DNA of 62,294 nucleotides, the filler included, from Chiloscyllium plagiosum (taxonomy: Eukaryota), in the NCBI RefSeq assembly GCF_004010195.1. It is 5 parts of one record of this genome, joined end to end, with 100 filler letters (N's around TTAATTAATTAA, not from the genome) between each part and the next. Parts side by side here need not be neighbours in the genome. Positions count along the whole stretch, not along the records: positions 44,715 to 57,701 come from NC_057717.1; positions 57,802 to 62,294 come from NC_057717.1; 3 more parts are not named here. One strand, given 5' to 3'. Positions 53,043-62,294 of the stretch are shown piece by piece (within the stretch, counting starts at the first letter, position 1; every line of letters starts with the position of its first letter). Made by a program: the position numbers and the translations under genes. The notes beneath the pieces are model-generated. The model had not been told where the DNA came from. It searched no databases and saw only the letters and a list, made by a program, of their open reading frames with translations.

Positions 53043-53349
53043 TCCTGTGAGATTTCTTTGGGGAAACGGAGATTACAACATCATTCAACTAAATGTAACT
53101 TATTGAAAACAAGTCAACGTAGCAAATTATGACAAGAAATTAATTCCCTGCCGTGATAAATTAACTTCAGCCTTGATGCTAAATTGTTCAATTCGAATCA
53201 CAACAATTAAAGTATTAAAAAAACAGATGTTGCAGATTCCCAGCAGTGGTGCATTCTTCAGAAAGACATAGGGAACCATTCCGAACGTTTGAACAGGAAT
53301 ACAACATTCAACCTCACGAGTATTTTCTGCTATTCAATGAGGTTACATC

Positions 53350-53660
53350 CCATTCTGTGCAGAAAGAGACCATTTCGCCTATAAGTCTGCATCCTATCCA
53401 GACTCATCATCCCACACCATTCCAATTACATTGCAAGTGTAAACCAACCTAACCTACACAACACAGACAATTTAGCTTGGCCAATCCACTTAACCTGCTC
53501 ACATTTGCAATGTGAAAGGGAACCGGAACGCTCAATGAAATCTCGCGCAATCACGGGGAGATCTCGCAAGCTCCACACCAACCATCATGCAATGCTCGAA
53601 GCGACCCATACCATCAGCATTGTGAGACAGTAATAGTAACGTGAATCAACATGCGACCCA
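53350..53660 (-). mobile_element. HE1-type SINE, degenerate
   Basis: CAATTTAGCTTGGCCAATCCACTTAACCTG and CTCCACAC motifs. Confidence 0.6.
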
Positions 53661-54593
53661 CAGAGTTGACCTTTGACCTAAAAAAGTATATGCCTGCCTT
53701 TGGAACATATCCCTGAAAGCCTATTTAAATAAAGCAAATTCACATTGAAAGCTAAAAGTGACGATTAACAACTGGACTCTCTCCTTTTTTAATTATTCTT
53801 CATCACGCAAATGTACGCATTTGGATATTTAATTGCTTTGGGTGACAATCTGTCATATGTATTTGGATGAACTTTGAAAACATGAATAATCATTTTAAAA
53901 ATTTGTAGGCAAGGGCGATTACTGGTTTGAGGTAAATTATGACTTCATCGCATTCATACCAAACCATCTAACTGCTTTCGCATGAAACAGCAGCGAGTGA
54001 CTTTGGTTGAATCTGAGGGTCACCACCCTCCAGGGGAAGGAAGAGGAAGAGTGCAGAGGAGACCGATGGTAGAGATTACTGAGAAATACGCAGTGATGAG
54101 AGGAATAGATGTTTGAGACAGGAGGGACTTTACATTTGGTGCACAGATAAATAGATGATGATGTCGAGAGAAACGAAGTTTCAGTAAGTTCAGATGCGAA
54201 GAGATGGAAAAAAAACATCGAATGATAGGAATGAGGAATTTATGGCCTGGAAGATTGCTTGAATCTGACACCCTCAGAAGACGATCTATTTCGGTAAATG
54301 TGCATTGACGATGTCACGATATACCGGTTTTGGGTGCATTGCTCAAAAATTGGATTAGCTTTGTTGGCAAATAAGAGAGCTAAAACTGATAAAGGTCGTG
54401 TGGCTGGGCGGGGAGAGACGGGGGCAGATGAACGTGGAAGGGGATATTAATATCAAGGGAAAGACTGTTTACTTCCTGTTTTGGTAAAGGACGCATTAAT
54501 TACATATAATCTAACATGGAACCATCTCCTTCTTCAGTAGATGAACAAGTCACCACATAAACCTAACCATCGAACATGTTGATTATTAGGCAT

Positions 54594-54595
<2 letters not shown>

Positions 54596-54659
<64 letters not shown>
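54596..54659. repeat. (GT)n microsatellite
   Basis: Direct reading. Confidence 0.95.
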
Positions 54660-54664
<5 letters not shown>

Positions 54665-55334
54665 TGATCTAATGTCACTCCAGTGGCTATGGTTTAAAAG
54701 TACCGGCTATATCCAAACACCACATCTGCAATTTCTAATCTTTGACGTCGGAAATTCCATTTGATGACATGAGTTATGGGAAGATGTGACGTTTGCAATC
54801 TTTATGTTAAACCATAACAATGTTTCGCAGCTTTAGAGGTTTTCAAGAGTTTTTATTGCTTTTCTATTTTTGGCTAATTGCCTGCATTTTGTTCTGCATG
54901 TAAGCAGAGCATGATCACAAAAGATGGAATTCGTTCTTAAAACTGTATTATCATCAGGCAGCATCCGCACGTCTGACATTATGAATCATATAATCATGGA
55001 TGTATGTAGTAGTGTACCCTTCAGTGTGTCAAGACCGTGTCAGCAAAGTGACACCATTAACTGCACAAGACGAACTTTCCAGTGCGAGGTTTATCGCCTT
55101 GATTATTATGACATTTGAAGTACTCATCTAAATATTTTCGAAATGTTTTGACATTTGTCGCCTCAATCACCATCGCATGGCTTGTTTTCCAGACCTCCAC
55201 CAAGCTCTTGATGAAAACATTATGCTGAACACCCTGCATGGCCCTTTAAACTGACATTCACCTCCTTGGTTTTGATTTTCCAAAAAAGAGTAACACTTTT
55301 TCTTTATCTATCCTGTCCATACCTATAGCAACGC

Positions 55335-55632
55335 GGCGGCACGGTGGCGCAGTGGTTGGCACTGCTGCCTCTCAACGCGAGAAACCCAGGTTCTATTCCA
55401 GCCTCGGTGGACTGTCTGTGCGGTGGTTTGCACATTCCCCGTGTCTGCGTGGTATTCCTCTGTGTGTTCCGGTTTTCCTCCAACAGTGTGCGTGTCTGGT
55501 GAATTGGCCCAGCGAAATTACCCAGAGGTGCTTTAGTCAGAGGGAAATGGGTCTGGCTGAGTTACTCTTCGGAGGGTCGGTGTGGACTTGTTGAGCCAAA
55601 TGGCCTGTTTCCACTGTGTAGGGAATCTAATC
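55335..55632 (+). mobile_element. HE1-type SINE
   Basis: GGCGGCACGGTGGCGCAGTGGTTGGCACTGCTGCCTC head; tail GGCCTGTTTCCACTGTGTAGGGAATCTAATC. Confidence 0.85.
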
Positions 55633-56939
55633 TTACAAACCATGAGCCCACAATACTTTCTGCTCCACAAAGGAACGTTCTCTTCATGGCTGAAATGTAT
55701 AATTCCAGGCAACATCTTGACTGATCTCATCCCTCCAATACAACCACAAAATTTCTATCATATCGGGAGCATAACTATTGACAGTAGTCCAGCTATGACC
55801 GAAATAAAGTCCTGTACAGGCAACATAACCTCCACTTTCTTAAAAGTGAAACTGTGGAGATCCCCTGAGGTGTGTTGTTTAACTGCAGTATTTGGTAAGA
55901 TGAAGATGCCTCTTATATTTGTAAGGGACTTGAAAACAAAGAACCACAGAGCTGAAAGAACAGAATCACACTAAAGTGTGGAATTACGAGAGAAATCAGC
56001 AGATTTAGCTGCATCTGTGGGGAGAAACCAAACCTAATTTTTCACGGTCAGTTACCATTCTCTGAAATGATAGCTGCTACGAAAAGATGACACTTATGCT
56101 GAGGACGGGGTTGGGTGGGTAGGATGGAAAGAGCGATCACAGACTGCGAAAGTTGTAGGCAGTCAATAGGGTTGTGGTTAGTTATGCTGAGATTAAGTAG
56201 CTGGATATGTGGTAGTGACGACAATATGGGGATGACAACGCGTTGCTTGTGCTGAAAGCAAGCTCCCTGCTGACAGGTCGAGTACTTGTAAGTCTAAGTA
56301 TGAGTGAAGGAAAAATATGTTCATGATATGAAATTGTGCAAGGCAATATTAAGTTCTGAGGGGAGTTAGGTGTCTTGAGGCTACTGTATCATGCAACAAT
56401 ATATTATTGGAAGCTGACTGGCATAGGGTTGTGTCTCAATTATCCTTTCATTGAGAGTTTCGTCGAGAGAGCCATAAGTCTCTGAAAGGACTTTAACATG
56501 ACAGTATTGCAAAATACCCCGACACGGATAATGGTTTTCTTCACTTGTCCACAAGAGTCTTTCGAGGATTGCTGTGGGATGTCATGTAAATGTGACTGAA
56601 TAGGATCGTTCAGCTTTACTATGTCAGAACATCTTCTGCTCATTGTAACTGTCCTAACAGAATGTAATACGACCGATAAGAGTCATCCTTTGCCACACAA
56701 GCCATACAGCTTTGAATGTTGTGAAGAATCAATCGGCCAAACAAGGTACTTTTTAAATTTTGTGAGATTTGCCACATCCACTAACAGGCAGAATTCCAGA
56801 ACCCCATCACTCGCTGGGCGACAGAAATTTCTTCAAATACCCTTGAAACAGTAAACTTGTAAACTTACCTTGATACTTTATCTAAAGTGATCCGATGCCT
56901 TTTGAATGAAAGACAGACCGATTCCTGTCTCTGTTTGCG

Positions 56940-57090
56940 AAAATGTTCAGGTGTCGTCGATGTTTTGTGCATCACCCTTCGTCAGAAATGGTATTCCTGA
57001 AGAAGGGTTCGACCTGAAACGTTGATTTCTCCACTTACTGACGCTGCTTGGTTTCCTGTACTCTTCCAGCCTCCTGCATGTGGACTTAAA
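56940..57090 (+). mobile_element. Penelope-type fragment with the best-preserved hammerhead-like core
   Basis: ATTC-CTGAAGA-A-GGGT-TCG-ACCT-GAAAC-GTT-GATT at 56993-57027. Confidence 0.6.
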
Positions 57091-57119
57091 GTTTGAGGAC
57101 TCTGGATTTATCTTCGGTG

Positions 57120-57701
57120 GGGTTTAGAAGGATGAGTGGGACCAATTTGAAACACACAGAATACTGATAGGCCTGGACCGTTGGATGTTGGGAAGATATT
57201 TCCATTGATAGGAGAGAATAGGACCCGATGGTATCATTGTAGTGTAAAAGGAAGACCTTTTCAGAACAGAGATAAGGGAGTTACACGTCTTGGCCAGAGA
57301 GTGATGAATCATGGACTGCATTGCCACAGACAGTAGTGGAGGCCATGTCATCGAGTATATTTCAGCCTGAGACAGATAGGTTCCTGAGTATCAAGGTGAG
57401 AGTAGTGCTGCAAACTTAGCCAGAATGCCCTCAGTTCCTTCATCCAGATCATTGATGCGTAAAGTGAAAAGTTGCCATCCCAAAACCGATCATTGTGGAA
57501 CTCCACTAGTCACCGGCTCCCATCCTGAGAAGGACCCTTTTGTCCCCAATCTCTGCCAGGCTGCCAATCATATACCAATACTAGTACCTGACCTCTAACA
57601 CCAGTGGCGCTTTCTTTACTCAACAACTTCCTGCGCAGTATCTCATCCGATGCCTTCTGGAAGTTCAGATAGATAACATCCATTGGCTCTCCTTTGGCTA
57701 A
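57120..57701. mobile_element. CR1 fragments: plus-strand 3' piece (~57120-57395) and minus-strand RT piece (~57410-57700)
   Basis: CR1 C-terminal-like sequence followed by reverse-complement RT motifs (..GCCTTCTGGAAGTTCAGATA..). Confidence 0.6.
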
Positions 57702-58574
57702 NNNNNNNNNNNNNNNNNNNNNNNNNNNNNNNNNNNNNNNNNNNNTTAATTAATTAANNNNNNNNNNNNNNNNNNNNNNNNNNNNNNNNNNNNNNNNNNN
57801 NACATCTGATTCCCTTTAAATGAAGGTAATCCTAACGTTTACCTTCTTATTCGCACATATTCCTCCCAAGACACATTGCTTCAATTTTTCTACTATGTGA
57901 CGGGGAGAATTCTTTTTAAAATCCTACTGAATATCTAAGCATATCACATCCTTTGGTTTTCCATTCTTTATACCTTCACACAAAATTATAACTTCACTTT
58001 CATATTCTCAAATTTTGCTATTACTTTCTAAATGACCAATGTCACATTCGTTATAATACATTACAACAGATTCCCTCTACTGGATGTCAAGCTAACTGGT
58101 CTGTAGTTCTCCCCTCTCCCTCTTCTTCAATGTTTGCTTCTCCTTGCTGTTTCTAAACTCCACCTTACCGGATTCAGTGGAATTTGAGTGACGTGGGCTC
58201 TACGGGAAGAGGAATAGCAAATTCAGGCGATAATTTTGGCGAGGCAAAACTCTACTTTGAGATTATCACTCCACATCTTACCCGTTCTTATCAAGCGTCA
58301 TTGAAACATTTTCACGAGATCTCTCATTATGCTGGCGGAGTGAAGAAGGACAAAGATCTTTCACCAATACTATGCCTTCCGTCAGGTAGCTGTGATTGTT
58401 CTAATCTGAGTCGGAACCTTACAGCAGGCTGGCAAAGTATTGTTGCTACTGTACAGGATCTAAGTGAGACCACATCAGGGGTGGCGTGTGCATATTTGAT
58501 CTCCTCACTGAAGATAGGATATTGGAATTAACACAGAGTCTAATCCCTCATCAGATTTCTGCAACTAAAATGAT

Positions 58575-58920
58575 AATCATAGATACCCTACAGAGTGGAA
58601 GCAGGTCATTTGACCCAACGATTCCGAACTGATTCTTCGAAGACCATCCCAACCAAACCCACCCTCTACCCAATCTCTGAAAACCTGCATTTCTCATTAG
58701 TAGTGAACATAGCCTGCCAATCCCCGGTCACTATGGGTAATTTAGCAAGGCCAATCCAACTATCCTTCACATTTTGGGACTGTGGGTGGAAACTGGAGCA
58801 CTCAGCAGAATCCCTTGCAGGCACGGGGAGAATGTGCATACTCCACACAAACTGACCTGACGCTGGACTTGAACGTTGGTCTCAGGTGCTGCGACGCAGC
58901 TGTACTAACCACTAAGCTAC
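58575..58920 (-). mobile_element. HE1-type SINE
   Basis: GGTAATTTAGCAAGGCCAATCC, GGGGAGAATGTGCATACTCCACAC, tRNA-like head on the minus strand. Confidence 0.75.
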
Positions 58921-59170
58921 ACAGTGTGGGCAACAGAACTTGCCTGCACAATGAAGTAGCACCATAGCCTTGTTTCTGCCCAAGGACCTGTCACATGTTA
59001 CCACAATACTATATTGGTTACACATACAGTGTGGCCACTGGCCCACTGAAGTCTCTGTGCTGTGTTGCATCGCAGGTCACTTTAAAATGAACAGATTGCA
59101 ATCTGATGTGTACATTTTAAGCAGAGCTCATTCACAACATGATTCCGGATAACACGTTATCAGCACAAAA

Positions 59171-59251
59171 TACCGCAATGGTATTCAAACCCACGTATAC
59201 TTTCACACTGAAGCCTAAATCCAGTACCCTAGCCTATTCGGGCTGGCTACC
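59171..59251 (-). pseudogene. tRNA-Leu(TAG)-derived pseudogene
   Basis: GGTAGC...CTGGATTTAGGCTTCAGT...CGTGGGTTTGAATACCA is colinear with vertebrate tRNA-Leu-TAG as recalled, including the long variable arm. Confidence 0.7.
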
Positions 59252-59300
59252 ACACTGAACGGAAACCATGAACAGTATTTGAATCTCGTTCTTGAGGACA

Positions 59301-59555
59301 TTGCTACATCTCTGGCTGCACAGCGAAGTGGTAATACCAGTGCATCATCACCTCAGCTGTAACATTCTCTTAAGGTCGCAAACCTCGGCAGTGGAGTATT
59401 ACCACTGTTTCCTGTGAACACATCAATCACTTGCTACATCTCTGGCTGCACAGCGAAGTGGTAATACCAGTGCATCATCACCTCAGCTGGAACATTCGCT
59501 TAAGGTCGCAAACCTCGGCAGTGGAGTATTACCACTGTTTCCTGTGAACACATCA
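59301..59555. repeat. 130-bp tandem duplication; each unit contains an imperfect inverted repeat
   Basis: Units start at 59301 and 59431. AGTGGTAATAC and GTATTACCACT are complementary arms. Confidence 0.9.
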
Positions 59556-59634
59556 CGGGCAGCCAATACGTGTCTCCATTCAGAGCATCAGTTTGGATCA
59601 ACAACTTGGCGGATCGNNNNNNNNNTGAGGTGCA

Positions 59635-59709
59635 AGCACTGTTCGGGTTTGAACCCTAGATCTAACTTTTTTACAAAGCAGGTACGTTTACCAATTTAGC
59701 CACAGCGTC
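59635..59709 (-). pseudogene. tRNA-Thr-derived pseudogene
   Basis: GACGCTGTGGCTAAATTGGTAAA...CCTGCTTTGTAAA...AGATCTAGGGTTCAAACCCGAACAGTGCT resembles vertebrate tRNA-Thr (GGCGCCGTGGCTTAG...GAGATCCTGGGTTCGAATCCC). Confidence 0.6.
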
Positions 59710-59853
59710 ACGATAAATTACGAGGGAGGGATGAACAGGTTGAACCAATTCCTATCTAAGTTTACAAGAATGACAGGTGATCTTGTTTTGAGATTCAGCA
59801 ACAGAAGGCGATTCCACAGCAAACTGAGGATTCAGTTGCACTTCTCGAACCTG

Positions 59854-60293
59854 GAACACCAGAACAGCAGAAGTAGATTCTTTGAACTTGTTCCAGCAGG
59901 TCAGGAGGAGGCTGTTTATTTTCTGGATCCTGACTAGCAGTGTCAGGAAGAGGCCAATCAGATCCAGTAAATATAAGACAGGACCAATAATAAACCACGA
60001 GTCAAGATTAGAGTGGTGCTGGAAAAGCATAGCAGGTCAGGCAACATCTGAGGAGCAGGTAAATCGACTTTTGGGCAGGAGTGATTTTCCTGCTTCTCGG
60101 ATGCTGCCTGCTTTGCAGTGCTTTTCCAGCACCACTCTAATCTTGACTCATGGTCTATTATTGGTCCTGTGTTATATTTAGAGGGTATGTTTGGATTCTT
60201 CCTGACTCTGTATATCAGGATCCAGAAACTAAGCAGCCTCCTCCTGACCTGCTGCAACAAGATCAAAGAATCTTCTTCTCCTGTTGCTGTGTT
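59854..60293. repeat. ~440-bp imperfect palindrome centred on a Penelope-type element
   Basis: Both strands encode near-identical peptides (59752..60030 minus and 60118..60483 plus both start MLFQHHSNLDSW). Centre near 60073. Confidence 0.9.
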
Positions 60294-61519
60294 CTCAGTG
60301 CTCCTGCCCAAAGAGTCCATTTTCCTGCTCCTAGAATGCTGCCTGATCTGCTGTTCTTTTCCAAAACCAGTCGAATTTGATTCTAACCTCCAGCATCTGC
60401 AGTCCTCACTTTCGCCACAACAGATCCTGCTGCATCTGTATCCTGTCAGACAACAGCAGGATGAGACCTTTCCGCCTTCATAATGCACAATGCAAATTTG
60501 GAAAAATGCAACACAACGACTGGATATTGCTACATTAGTTGAGGCCATTCAGCCTATTGAGTCTGTTCACAAGAACTGGGGAAGGAAATGGAACCTTTTC
60601 AGATGTTTTTATGTGAACAGGAGGAGGTATATCAGCCACGTATTTGTTGTATGGGGACAGGAGAATACCAATCACTTCCTCAATCCAATTTCAGGGATAT
60701 AAGTGGAGACTGTTTTCTACCTTGAGCCTGTTATGGAGGAATATGAGGAAACACATCAGTCCCTTGAAATTATGCACTGCATCAGGAAGATTCCATAAGT
60801 CCCCAAACATCTCATACAGCAACAGCAGAACGAGATTCAGATATTCAGAGCTGCTTGGTCAGGAACAGAAGCAGGACGGTTAGCCCACGAGACAATAATC
60901 TAGTAACTCCAGGAGGACATTACGCCGATGGAGACTATAATATAGGAACACCAGGAGGATATTCAGCCGATCGAAATAATAATGTCGATGCACCAGGAGA
61001 ACATACAGCCCATGGAATGTTTAAACCTGGAACAAAAGGAGTCCATTCAGTGACTCTTCTTTTTTTACAGAGCAAGCAGAGCAGATATTATACAGTCTTT
61101 TGCCTGTTACTCAGGAACCTAGGAAAGGAAACGTAGGCGTTATAGAAAGGAAAGAACTTAAAATAACCAATTGTACTAGGAAAATAAAATGTAATGGGTA
61201 AGCTTTTGTGATCGAATGCAAACAGTTAGAATCTGCCCGTAAAATATTAATAACGGGAGATTGTGAAAGTGAAACCGTAATTCATTACAGCCAGCATGTT
61301 TATGTGAAGGATAAAACGTGCTTGAATTATTTGCCTGAGGTTTTGTTTAATGTGACGAGAAGGTGGATATTGGGGATCCTATAGAATTAGTTAACTTGGA
61401 TTGCCAGAGGCGTTGCATCCGGCGCCTCACAGAAGTTAAATATGGAACATAAGAGCACATTGGGGTTAAGACAAATTGATTCGCTTGGAGAGAGAATGAG
61501 CTAACCACAAAAAGGAAAA

Positions 61520-62294
61520 CATGATGTGGAGCTGCTGGTATTGGACTGGGCTGGGCATCGTCAAAAATTACACGATTCCATTTTATACTCCAACAGATTT
61601 ATTTGAGAACACTACCTTTCGGAGGAAGTCTCCTTCCTTAGGTGTCAGAGAGGGAGAGGAAGACCTTCAACACAGAATCTGAAAATAAAATATCAAACCG
61701 TCGTACTACTCATGCACATGAATTGAACACATCGAAGATCGCTCATAAATCTTTAATCAGTTAGACTGGGTATGCAGGTTTTGATTGATTAATGGGCAAA
61801 ATCCCAGAATTTCTTTCAAATCACTGTCCGGAGGACTTTTTTCTTTAAATGTCTGTCAAGCAAGGTCGACGAAGGGGATCCTTTCGATGTATTACATCTG
61901 GACTTCCAGAAGGCATTGCATAACGTGCCTTACTAAAGATTAATATGCAAGGAAAGGGCACATGCAGTTAGAAAAATATTATTTGTTTGGAGAAAGGATT
62001 GGCTAATCAATAAAAGCCATGACGTGGAGTTGCTGGTGTTGGACGGGTGGACATGGTTAAAAATCACACAACACCAGGTTAGAGTCCAACGAGTGGATTT
62101 GAAAAAAAAACAGAAGATACCTGAGCGCATTCCCTTCATTGGGTGCAGAGAAAAAGGAAGACGTAAGACACATATCTTATGAAGAAAAGATGAAAGCGTT
62201 GTACAGCTCATGCGCATGAATTGAACACATCTAAGAAGGCTCTTAAAAGTTTAATCAGTTAGAATGGAGGTGCAGGTTCTGATTGCATAATTTT
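61520..62294 (-). mobile_element. Two related Penelope-type terminal repeats (~61520-61830 and ~62020-62294) interleaved with CR1 RT fragments
   Basis: Both start GTGGAG(C/T)TGCTGGT.TTGGAC.GG and share CATGCACATGAATTGAACACATC..AAG. A decayed hammerhead-like core lies on the minus strand near 61610-61645. Confidence 0.55.

Overview
Eukaryotic, repeat-rich draft-assembly DNA. The repeat set (HE1-type SINEs, CR1 LINEs, Deu-domain SINE) points to a cartilaginous fish (shark); this is an inference. The only host genes I can support are a minus-strand tandem cluster of four two-exon GPR139-like class A GPCR loci. Two have open frames that run into assembly gaps (exon 1 52950-52884 plus exon 2 from 50708; exon 1 39364-39292 plus exon 2 from 33833). 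One is a decayed exon 2 (20694-19863) and one is a stop-containing orphan exon 1 (12502-12352). Between them lie: a decayed class I-like endogenous retrovirus (gag knuckle, RNase H, integrase, env CWxC; PR/RT not seen), a deleted Gypsy LTR element whose pol ends in RNase H, many CR1 and RTE LINE fragments, SINEs, short palindromic Penelope-type elements with hammerhead-ribozyme-like cores, decayed tRNA-Asn/Leu/Thr copies, a ~3.9 kb recent duplication and several local tandem duplications. Ten N gaps, four with an artificial TTAATTAATTAA linker, make long-range order uncertain. All calls come from manual reading and translation, not database searches, and repeat boundaries are approximate.
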